Source of the DNA: Pseudomonas aeruginosa
Lineage (GTDB): Bacteria > Pseudomonadota > Gammaproteobacteria > Pseudomonadales > Pseudomonadaceae
Assembly (NCBI RefSeq): GCF_001457615.1
Contig: NZ_LN831024.1
Coordinates: 2,190,001-2,222,000 of the forward strand
Length of the DNA: 32,000 bases
Direction of reading: 5' to 3'
In this document: positions 24,694-32,000 of the stretch, piece after piece
How the letters are laid out: every line of letters starts with the position of its first letter
How positions within the stretch are numbered: position 1 is the stretch's first letter
Made by a program: the position numbers and the translations under genes
Notes under the pieces: generated by a model
The model's input: only the letters and a program-made list of their open reading frames with translations
What the model was told of the DNA's origin: nothing
Database searches by the model: none

Positions 24694-25379
24694 GGCAGCG
24701 GCCTCCTGACGCCCAGCGAGCTGCGCCGCTCCAGCCACAGCAACGCGGCGTTGGAGATTGCGGTGATGGCCAGGTAGATCAGCCCGCAGACCAGGGTGAA
24801 GTGGAAGAACTGCAGGGTGCCCTTGCCGGCGTCCTGGGTGGCCTTGACCAGGTCGCCGAGACCGATGATCGAGACCAGCGCGGTGGACTTGACCAGCACC
24901 TGCCAGTTGTTGCCGATGCCCGGCAGGGCGTAGCGCAGCATCTGCGGCAGGAGTACCCGGCGGAACACTCGCCAGCGCCCCATGCCGTAGGCTTGCGCGG
25001 CTTCGACCTGGCCGGCCGGGACCGCCTGGAAGGCGCCGCGGAAGGTTTCCGTGAAGTAGGCGCCATAGATGAACGCCAGGGTGACGCAGCCGGCGGCGAA
25101 CGGGTCGATGTCGACCTGGCCGATGCCGAGGGCGTCGGTGACGCGGTTGAGGAGGATCTGCAGGCTGAAGAACAGCAACAGCATGATGACCAGGTCGGGG
25201 ACGCTGCGGATCAGCGTCGTATAGCCGCTGGCCAGGGCGCGCAGCGGGCGGTTGGCGGCGAGCTTGGCGCTGGCGCCGAGGAGGCCGATGAGCACGGCGC
25301 CGAGCAGGGAGCCCAGCGCCAGTTTCAGGGTCACCAGGGTGCCGGCGAGTATCTGCGGGCCGAAGCCGTCGAGGAACAT
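24690..25379 (-). CDS. hisQ: ABC transporter permease (HisQ type)
   Basis: ATG 25379 has GGAGAG 6 nt upstream and gives 229 aa. The EAA loop is [30 protein letters not shown]. Its stop overlaps the hisM start (ATGA), which suggests translational coupling. Confidence 0.9.
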   Translation of the reverse strand: MFLDGFGPQILAGTLVTLKLALGSLLGAVLIGLLGASAKLAANRPLRALASGYTTLIRSVPDLVIMLLLFFSLQILLNRVTDALGIGQVDIDPFAAGCVTLAFIYGAYFTETFRGAFQAVPAGQVEAAQAYGMGRWRVFRRVLLPQMLRYALPGIGNNWQVLVKSTALVSIIGLGDLVKATQDAGKGTLQFFHFTLVCGLIYLAITAISNAALLWLERRSSLGVRRPLP

Positions 25380-25434
25380 TTCACTCTCCATTGCTTGTTG
25401 TTGTCGGTCGAGGTGAAAAGCGGCCGGACGCCGT

Positions 25435-26220
25435 TCAGGGCGTGCCGTAGAGGTCGAAGTCGAAGTAGCGGGCATTGATTCGCGCGTAGGTTCCGTTGGC
25501 GCGGATCGTCGCCAGCGCCTTGTTCAGGTCCTCGCGCAGCGCCACGTCCTCCTTGCGCAGGCCGATGCCGTCGCCGACCCCGAAGTAGCGAGGGTCGTCC
25601 AGCACCGCTCCGGCCAGTTCGAAATCCTTGCCGACCGGCTTGTCGAGGAAGCCGTAGCTGGCCTGCACCGCGCCTTGCAGCGAGGCGTCGAGGCGGCCCA
25701 TGACGAGGTCGGCGTAGACCTGGTCCTGGTTCTGGTAGGAGACGACCCGCACCCCCTTGGCGGCCCATTCGGCCTTGGCGTAGGCCTCCTGGTTGGAGCC
25801 CTGGCCGACCCCCACGCGCTTGCCGCGCAGGCTCTCGGCGTCGGGCAGGAGCGCCGAGCCACGGCGTACCACCAGGCGGCTCGGCGCGTTGGAGACGCGG
25901 TCGGTGAAGGCGATGTGCTGTGCGCGTTTCGGCGTGATGGTCATCGACGACACGATGGCGTCGATCTTGCGCGACAGCAGCGCCGGGATGATGCCGTCCC
26001 AGTTGCTTTCGACCCATTCGCAGCGGGCTCGCAGCTCCGCGCAGAGGGCTTCGCCGATCTCGATGCCGAAGCCTGCCAGGCGGCCGTCCGGCTGCTTGTA
26101 TTCGAGCGGCGGGTAGGTCGGGTCGACGCCCAGGCGCAGGACCTTGCCGGTCCAGTCGGCGGCGCCGGCCGGTGCGGCGAGGAGGAGGGAGAGGGCGATG
26201 CTGCCGAGGGTTCTTGTCAT
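25435..26220 (-). CDS. hisJ: Periplasmic lysine/arginine/ornithine/histidine-type substrate-binding protein
   Basis: ATG 26220 has AGAGGA ~9 nt upstream and gives 261 aa. The signal peptide is MTRTLGSIALSLLLAAPAGAA. It belongs to the type-II PBP family (GFGIEIGEALC, DAIVSSMTITPKR, GIGLRKED). It is the 3' end of the 1014-aa track ORF, and the rest of that ORF is shadow. Confidence 0.9.
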   Translation of the reverse strand: MTRTLGSIALSLLLAAPAGAADWTGKVLRLGVDPTYPPLEYKQPDGRLAGFGIEIGEALCAELRARCEWVESNWDGIIPALLSRKIDAIVSSMTITPKRAQHIAFTDRVSNAPSRLVVRRGSALLPDAESLRGKRVGVGQGSNQEAYAKAEWAAKGVRVVSYQNQDQVYADLVMGRLDASLQGAVQASYGFLDKPVGKDFELAGAVLDDPRYFGVGDGIGLRKEDVALREDLNKALATIRANGTYARINARYFDFDLYGTP

Positions 26221-26279
26221 TGTGGTTGTCCTCTGTCGATCCGCGCGCGCCAGGCCGCGCGCCCGTTGAAAACCCTGGC

Positions 26280-27449
26280 TCAGGCCAGGAAGCGCTCGGC
26301 CAGTCGCACCCAGTAGCTGGCGCCGACGGCCAGGCAGTCGTCGTTGAAGTCGTAGCCGGGGTTGTGCAACTGGCAGCCGCTCTCGCCCTGGCCATTGCCG
26401 ATCACCAGGTAACTGCCGGGACAGCGTTCGAGGATGAAGGCGAAATCCTCGCTGGCGGTGAACGGCCGCAGTCCGTCGATCAGGCATTCCTCGCCCAGCC
26501 AGTCGCGGGCCACCTCGCGGGCGAACGCGGTCTGCCCGGGATGGTTGACCAGCACCGGATGGCAATGCCGGTAGTCGACCTCCGCCCGCGCGCCGAAGCT
26601 GGCGGCCTGGCCGCGGGCCAGTTCGCCGATGCGGCGCTCCAGCAGGGCACGGGTTTCCGCGGTCAGGGCCCGGACGCTGAGGATCATTTCGGCGCTGGCC
26701 GGGATCACGTTGGAGACCGTCCCGGCATGGATCGCGCCGACGCTGACGATCGCGGTGTCCTGCGGGTCGACGTTGCGCGAGACGATGCTCTGCAAGGCCA
26801 GCACGATGGCGGAGCAGACCACCACCGGGTCGACGGTGCGCTGCGGCACCGCGCCGTGGCCGCCACTGCCGATCACGCGGATGACCACGGTATCGGCCGA
26901 GGCCATGAAGGGGCCGGGATGGAAGCCGAGGTGGCCGACGGGGTATCCCGGGACGTTGTGCATGGCGAAGATGGCGTCGCAGGGGAAGCGCTCCAGCAGC
27001 CCGTCGTCGAGCATCGCGCGGGCACCGCCGAGGCCCTCTTCGGCAGGCTGGAAGATCAGTTGCAGGGTGCCGCGCCAGCGCGGCGACTCGACCAGGTGCC
27101 TGGCCGCGGCGAGGAGCATCGCGGTGTGGCCGTCGTGGCCGCAGGCGTGCATCACGCCGTCCACCTGGCTGGCGTAGGGCAGGCCGGTGGCTTCCTGGAT
27201 CGGTAGCGCGTCCATGTCGGCGCGCAGGCCCAGCGCTGGGCCCTCGCCGCGGCACAGGGTGCCGACCACGCCGGTGCGACCCACTCCACGGCTGACCTGG
27301 TAGCCCCAGGCCTCCAGGCATTCGGCGACCAGCGCGGCGGTTCGCCGTTCCTCGAAACCCAACTCCGGGTGGGCATGGATATGGCGGCGCAAGGTAACCA
27401 TCTCTTCCCGCAGCGCCGCGATGGCGGGCAGGACGGCAGGCTCGGTCAT
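26280..27449 (-). CDS. M20/M40 family amidohydrolase (hippurate hydrolase / N-acyl-L-amino acid amidohydrolase type)
   Basis: ATG 27449 has GAGGAGA ~10 nt upstream and gives 389 aa. Motifs are HIHAHPELGFEE, MHACGHDGH and FQPAEEG. It lies 59 nt upstream of hisJ on the same strand, with no U-tract terminator between them. Confidence 0.9.
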   Translation of the reverse strand: MTEPAVLPAIAALREEMVTLRRHIHAHPELGFEERRTAALVAECLEAWGYQVSRGVGRTGVVGTLCRGEGPALGLRADMDALPIQEATGLPYASQVDGVMHACGHDGHTAMLLAAARHLVESPRWRGTLQLIFQPAEEGLGGARAMLDDGLLERFPCDAIFAMHNVPGYPVGHLGFHPGPFMASADTVVIRVIGSGGHGAVPQRTVDPVVVCSAIVLALQSIVSRNVDPQDTAIVSVGAIHAGTVSNVIPASAEMILSVRALTAETRALLERRIGELARGQAASFGARAEVDYRHCHPVLVNHPGQTAFAREVARDWLGEECLIDGLRPFTASEDFAFILERCPGSYLVIGNGQGESGCQLHNPGYDFNDDCLAVGASYWVRLAERFLA

Positions 27450-27549
27450 TCTTCTTGTTCTCCTCAAGGGCTCCGACCGGTGGGCGGCGGGGCGTTGTCG
27501 AAGCCGATGGTAGGCAAGCGGGGGACTGGCGGGGAGGCTCGCTTTGGCT

Positions 27550-28539
27550 ATGATGACAACCTTTCGTTGTCACCTCGGTAAGCCCGTGAAACTCCACCAG
27601 TTGCAAGCCCTGGTCGCCAGTGCCGACGCCGGCGGCATCCGCGCCGCCGCCCGCGTCCTGGGGATTTCCCAGGCGGCCGTGACCCGCGCGCTGCGCGAAC
27701 TGGAAACCGAACAGCATCTGCCGCTGTTCGTCCGCACGCCCAGCGGCCTGACCTTCACCGAATACGGCAAGGCGCTGCTGATCCACGCCCGGCTGGTGCT
27801 CAAGCAACTGGAGCACGCGCAGGTCGAACTCGACCACCTGCGTGGCCAGGCCAGCGGCCGGCTGTGCATCGGGGTGACGCCTTGGGTGGCGCTGACCTTC
27901 CTCTCGGAGGCGGTGCAGGCGTTCCGCGAGCGCATGCCGGAGGTGCACCTGGAGCTTTTCGAAAGCCTGATGGCGGTGGCCCAGCCATTGCTTCGCGACG
28001 GCAGCATGGATTTCGCCATCGGCCCGCTGCACGGCGCCCAGGCGGCCCAGGAATTCGCCTGCGAGAAGCTGCTCGACTACGACACCGCGGTGCTGGTCCG
28101 CCAGGGGCATCCGCTGGCGGGTTGCGGCTCGATCCACGAGCTGCTGGAACAGGACTGGGCGTTGAACTACACCGGCGACGGCCACGACGCCCTGATGCGC
28201 GAGCTGTTCTGGCGCCACGGTGCCTTGATCGACGAGCGGCGCATCGTCCGCGCGCACTCCGTGGCGATCCTGCAGACCCTGGTGGAGCAGGCCGACATGT
28301 GCACCTGGGTGCCGGCGATCATCGGCGCCGCCCCGCCGTTGCTCGGCCGGGTGGTGCCGCTGGCGCTGCGGGAAACCTTCGAGCCACGACGGCTGGGCAT
28401 CATCACCCGGCGCGGCGGAGCCCTCAGCAATCCGGCGCAATGTTTCGTCGAGTGCCTGCTGCAGGTGATCCGCCGCCACGCCCGCTCGGCGAAGAAGGAT
28501 GACCGGCGCCTGTTCGAAACCCTGCGCCTGCTAGTCTGA
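27550..28539 (+). CDS. LysR-family transcriptional regulator, divergent from the amidohydrolase-ABC operon
   Basis: ORF 27544-28539. The HTH is LHQLQALVASADAGGIRAAARVLGISQAAVTRALRELE. The start is uncertain. ATG 27550 has GGAGG 12 nt upstream. GTG 27586 would give the classic LysR N-terminus (M)KLHQL. Confidence 0.85.
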   Translation: MMTTFRCHLGKPVKLHQLQALVASADAGGIRAAARVLGISQAAVTRALRELETEQHLPLFVRTPSGLTFTEYGKALLIHARLVLKQLEHAQVELDHLRGQASGRLCIGVTPWVALTFLSEAVQAFRERMPEVHLELFESLMAVAQPLLRDGSMDFAIGPLHGAQAAQEFACEKLLDYDTAVLVRQGHPLAGCGSIHELLEQDWALNYTGDGHDALMRELFWRHGALIDERRIVRAHSVAILQTLVEQADMCTWVPAIIGAAPPLLGRVVPLALRETFEPRRLGIITRRGGALSNPAQCFVECLLQVIRRHARSAKKDDRRLFETLRLLV

Positions 28540-28623
28540 TTCCTACTGGCACGGACGTACGGTCGCTCAAGATCGGTCGTGCTGCGACCGATAGCCTGGA
28601 AAGCCACGAGCGAGGATGCCGGC

Positions 28624-30261
28624 ATGCTGCAATGGTTCGCTAACCTGTCGTTCCGCAGGAAAATCGCTCTGCCGATCCTCCTGCTGGCGGTGCTTCTGCT
28701 GCTGGTGGGCGCGCTCGGCGTGCATGGCATCGCCCAGCTGAACGAATCCAACCAGCGCCTGGGCAAGCGTTTTCTCCCCGGCATCGCCCTGCTGCTCAAC
28801 GCCGACCGCGATCTCTACCAGGCCTTCGTCGCCGAGCGCAGCCTGCTCGAGGGCCACCTGAGCGCCGAGCAGATCGCCGGCCTGAGGAACGATCACGCGG
28901 AAAACCTGCAGCAGGCCCTGGATCGGGTGCGCCAGTACGCGGCGATGCAGCCGGGCGAGGCGGAACTGGCCAAGGTCGCCGAGTTCGAGCGCGGCTATGC
29001 CCTCTGGAGCGCGACCTCGGCGCGGGTGCTGAGCCTGGCGGCCAGCGATCCGAGCGCTGCGGCGCAGCTCAGCTACGGTGACAGCGATCGCCAGTTCGGG
29101 GCGATGCGCGAGGTGATCAACCAGCTCGACGAGATGGAAGAGGCGGCCGCGGCCGCTGACGGCGAGGCGTCCTCCGCGCTGGGCGAGCGCCACCGCTGGC
29201 AGCAGGTGGCGCTGGTGGCGTTCGGCCTGCTGGTGTGCCTGTCGCTGGTGCTGGTGTTCCCCGGCCTGGTGACCCGTCCGTTGCAGCGTCTGCTGCAACG
29301 CCTGGAAGAGATCGCCAACGGCGATGGCGACCTGCGCGTGCGCCTGGAGGTCACTTCGCGCGACGAACCCGGCCGCCTCGGCAGCGCCTTCAACGCCTTC
29401 CTCGACAAGTTGCAGCCGCTGATCCGCGAGGTCGGCCGGGTCACCGGCGAGGTCGCCGATTCCGCCGGTTCGCTGGCCGGCATGACCGCCGCCAACGATC
29501 GTCTGATCAACAGCGAGCACGCATCGGTGGACCAGGTCAGCACCGCCGCGACGCAGATGAGCAGCGCCGTCCACGAGGTGGCGCGCAATGCCCAGAGCGC
29601 CGCGCAGGTGGCCGATGACGCCCGCCGGCAGGCGCGCGAGGGCGCCAACGTGGTGGAAGCGACCATCGAGGTGATCCGCCAGTTGGCGCAGGAAGTGGAG
29701 AGCAGTTCCGAGAGCATCCAGCAACTGGCCCAGGAAACCGCCAGCATCGACGCGGTGCTGACGGTGATCAAGGGCATCGCCGAACAGACCAACCTGCTCG
29801 CCCTCAACGCCGCCATCGAAGCCGCGCGGGCCGGCGAGCAGGGTCGCGGTTTCGCCGTGGTGGCCGACGAGGTGCGGGCGCTTGCGGCGCGCACCCAGGA
29901 TTCGACCAAGGACATCCAGGCGCGCATCGAGCGCCTCCAGGCCGGGGTGCAGAACGCCGTGCGGGCCATGCAGTCGGGCAGTCTCAAGGCGCGCGACAGC
30001 GTCGAGCGCGCCGCCGGGGTCGACGGCGTGCTGGCCGCCACCGGCGACGCGGTGGGGCGGATCAACGACCTCGCCGCGCAGATCGCCTCGGCCTGCGAGG
30101 AGCAGAGCCGGGTAATCGACGAAATCGCCCGCAACATCAGCGAGGTGCGCGAGCTTTCCGCCCAGGCGGCGGAACATTCGGAGCAGGGTACCGGGGCCAG
30201 CCGCCGGCTGTCCGAGCTGTCCTCGGAACTGGCGCGGCTGGTCGGCCGTTTCCGCGTCTGA
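28624..30261 (+). CDS. Methyl-accepting chemotaxis protein (four-helix-bundle sensor, HAMP, MA domain)
   Basis: ATG 28624 has GAGGA 6 nt upstream and gives 545 aa. It has two TM segments flanking a ~170-aa periplasmic helical domain and a HAMP domain ([19 protein letters not shown]). The conserved signalling hairpin is [35 protein letters not shown]. Confidence 0.9.
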   Translation: MLQWFANLSFRRKIALPILLLAVLLLLVGALGVHGIAQLNESNQRLGKRFLPGIALLLNADRDLYQAFVAERSLLEGHLSAEQIAGLRNDHAENLQQALDRVRQYAAMQPGEAELAKVAEFERGYALWSATSARVLSLAASDPSAAAQLSYGDSDRQFGAMREVINQLDEMEEAAAAADGEASSALGERHRWQQVALVAFGLLVCLSLVLVFPGLVTRPLQRLLQRLEEIANGDGDLRVRLEVTSRDEPGRLGSAFNAFLDKLQPLIREVGRVTGEVADSAGSLAGMTAANDRLINSEHASVDQVSTAATQMSSAVHEVARNAQSAAQVADDARRQAREGANVVEATIEVIRQLAQEVESSSESIQQLAQETASIDAVLTVIKGIAEQTNLLALNAAIEAARAGEQGRGFAVVADEVRALAARTQDSTKDIQARIERLQAGVQNAVRAMQSGSLKARDSVERAAGVDGVLAATGDAVGRINDLAAQIASACEEQSRVIDEIARNISEVRELSAQAAEHSEQGTGASRRLSELSSELARLVGRFRV

Positions 30262-30272
30262 AGCGCCGCCGC

Positions 30273-30530
30273 CTAGCGCGGCGCCAGCCAGATCGCCACG
30301 CCTGCCAGTGCCGCCGGGACCAGGAAGACCAGCAGCAGGATCGGCAGTTCTTCGCGCAAGCCGTAGCCGGCGTGCTGGACGCCGACCCACAGGTTGACCA
30401 GCGCGACGGCCAGCCAGGTCGGCAGGAACAGGCCGGCAGCGAGCGCCGGCCCGGCATCCCAGAGTTTGCCGAAGAGCAGGAACAGGCCGAGCAGGACGAT
30501 GCCGCCGGCGATTACCAGGGTCACGTGCAT
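30273..30530 (-). CDS. Small integral membrane protein (85 aa, three hydrophobic helices), unknown function
   Basis: ATG 30530 lies within ORF 30273-30632, 50 nt downstream of the SDR stop on the same strand. The sequence is MHVTLVIAGGIVLLGLFLLFGKLWDAGPALAAGLFLPTWLAVALVNLWVGV. The SD is weak, so both the start and the call are moderately uncertain. Confidence 0.55.
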   Translation of the reverse strand: MHVTLVIAGGIVLLGLFLLFGKLWDAGPALAAGLFLPTWLAVALVNLWVGVQHAGYGLREELPILLLVFLVPAALAGVAIWLAPR

Positions 30531-30580
30531 GAAGGGTTTCCGCAGGCAGGCAGCGACCGCCGTGGCGGCCGCTGCGTGGC

Positions 30581-31354
30581 TCACTTGGTGGAGAAGCCGC
30601 CATTGATGAGGATGGTCTGGCCGGTGATCCACCAGCCTTCGCTGACCAGGTGGCGGATGAACGGCACCACGTCGTCGATGTCGGTCAGGCCGGTTTTGGA
30701 GAACGGCGACAAGGCCGCGGCGTTCTTCAGGTAGTCCACCGCATCGGCACCTTCGGCGGGGTAGAAGAAGGGCGTGTCCATGGGGCCCGGGCCGACCGCG
30801 GTGACCGAGATGCCGCGCGCGCCGAACTCCTTGGAAGCGGCACGGGTGAAGTGCTCCACCGGCGCCTTGGTGCCGGCATAGGCGGCGTAGTACGGGGTAT
30901 AGGCGCCAAGCAGGGAGGTCACCAGGGTGCAGATCTTGCCGTTGTCGTTGACGTGCTTGCCGGCTTCGCGCAGGAAGAAGAACGCAGACTTGGAATTGAC
31001 CGCGCTCATCTCGTCGTATTCGGTCTCGCTGATCTCGGTGATGGGTTTCTTCAGCACCTTGCCGACGGTGTTGATGGCGATGTCCGGCTTGCCCACCGCG
31101 GCGATGGCGTCGGCGAACAGCTTTTCCATGGCCGCGGCGCTGGTGAGATCGCCCTGCAGCGCTACCGCCTTGGCTCCGGCTGCCTGCAGCGCGGCGACGG
31201 TGGCGTCGGCATCGGCCTTGCTCGCGGCGCTGTTGTAGTGGATGGCGATCGCCTTCGCGCCGTGGGCGGCGAGATCACGGGCGATCAGCCCGCCCAGGTT
31301 CTTGGCGCCGCCGGTGATGAGGACGGTCTTGCCTTTGATGGAGTGGTCGACCAT
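30581..31354 (-). CDS. Short-chain dehydrogenase/reductase (SDR)
   Basis: ORF 30581-31354, 257 aa, with AGGAGA 8 nt upstream. The Rossmann motif is ITGGAKNLGG, where the middle Gly of TGxxxGxG is replaced by Asn. The catalytic YxxxK is YAGTK. Confidence 0.9.
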   Translation of the reverse strand: MVDHSIKGKTVLITGGAKNLGGLIARDLAAHGAKAIAIHYNSAASKADADATVAALQAAGAKAVALQGDLTSAAAMEKLFADAIAAVGKPDIAINTVGKVLKKPITEISETEYDEMSAVNSKSAFFFLREAGKHVNDNGKICTLVTSLLGAYTPYYAAYAGTKAPVEHFTRAASKEFGARGISVTAVGPGPMDTPFFYPAEGADAVDYLKNAAALSPFSKTGLTDIDDVVPFIRHLVSEGWWITGQTILINGGFSTK

Positions 31355-31563
31355 GGGGTGTTTCTCCTGCGGTGAGTGGAGAACCCAGTCTAGGGAGGGC
31401 GGCCTTGCGGAGTAATCGCGGCGGCCTGGATAGATTGTCCAGAAACGCCGATCAATTCCCGCCTCCGGAGGAGCGCAGCCGCCTGCACGAATCTTCTAGA
31501 ACCCCGGACGGGCGCGTTATAGTCGCGGCGACGAAACCAACGAGTGGGAAGACCTGACGCACG

Positions 31564-32000
31564 ATGGGCAGCCGAGACTGGATCGACCTGGCCCGCGACG
31601 CCGAGACCGGGATCGAGACCCTGCGCGCCCATTTCGAGGGCCACGCCTACGATCCGCACTGGCACGACAGCTACCTGATCGGCTACACCGAGATCGGCGT
31701 GCAGCAATTCAACTGCCGCCGACGCCGACACGACAGCACCGCCGGCCAGGTATTCCTGGTCGAACCGGGGGAGATCCACGACGGTCGCGCGCCGATCGCC
31801 GGCGGCTTCACCTACTCGATGCTGTACCTGCAGCCGGACTGGCTGCGGCGCGAACTGCGGGCGACCTTCGACGATGCGCCCAGCGACCGCGACCCCGGCT
31901 TCCACGCCAACCTCACCGAAGACCCGCGCCTGACCCTGGCCATCGCCCAGGCCTTCCGCGTCCTGCATGGCCGCGAGCTGCGACTGCTGCGGCAGACCGC
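31564..32000 (+). CDS. AraC-family transcriptional regulator, N-terminal sensor part (3' end outside the window)
   Basis: The frame is open from ATG 31564 to the window edge, so it is absent from the ORF track, which needs a stop. The sequence MGSRDWIDLARDAETGIETLRAHFEGHAYDPHWHDSYLIGYTEIGVQQF...GQVFLVEPGEIHDG fits the AraC-type N-terminal ligand-binding domain. It is divergent from the SDR gene. The start is not well supported by an SD. Confidence 0.7.
   Translation, partial: MGSRDWIDLARDAETGIETLRAHFEGHAYDPHWHDSYLIGYTEIGVQQFNCRRRRHDSTAGQVFLVEPGEIHDGRAPIAGGFTYSMLYLQPDWLRRELRATFDDAPSDRDPGFHANLTEDPRLTLAIAQAFRVLHGRELRLLRQT

Noticed and set aside
25435-28479. 1014-aa minus-strand ORF spanning hisJ, the amidohydrolase region and the LysR gene
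   Set aside because: Only the last 261 codons (from ATG 26220, with an SD and a signal peptide) are the binding protein. The upstream part is out of frame with the amidohydrolase gene, antisense to the LysR gene, and compositionally aberrant.

Overview
High-GC segment that looks like Pseudomonas aeruginosa core chromosome. From memory (no database was run), gene content and order match PAO1 PA2945 down to PA2917 in inverted orientation. I call 27 protein-coding genes plus one gene remnant. In order they are: cobW (3' end) and cobN; a class-I DAHP synthase on the opposite strand; a chlI-like AAA+ gene and a stand-alone vWA gene (likely cobalt-chelatase partners); a thiolase; the secreted aminopeptidase PaAP; an NCS2 nucleobase permease; a small orphan protein and cytochrome b561; a 43-aa membrane peptide; the cif virulence locus (morB-MFS-cif with divergent cifR); a LysR/LysE pair; two convergent proteins of unknown function; a truncated GNAT remnant; an M20 amidohydrolase plus hisJQMP-type ABC operon with a divergent LysR regulator; a methyl-accepting chemotaxis protein; a small membrane protein; an SDR; and the start of an AraC regulator. 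I found no tRNA, rRNA, CRISPR array, IS element, transposase, integrase or phage genes, so this reads as ordinary chromosome, not an island. Most long extra ORFs in the six-frame track are antisense or out-of-frame shadows typical of high-GC DNA. I found no convincing multi-gene undescribed system. The unexplained signals worth follow-up are: (1) a textbook intrinsic terminator with no upstream gene, plus a possible ~235-nt structured RNA, in the 570-bp gap between the DAHP synthase and the chelatase genes; (2) an AT-rich 450-bp island with a strong promoter driving a 43-aa membrane peptide next to cif; (3) a chelatase D subunit that appears split into two genes; (4) a cytoplasmic lipase-like protein with an unassigned C-terminal domain, convergent with a membrane-anchored unknown protein; (5) a GNAT deletion scar.
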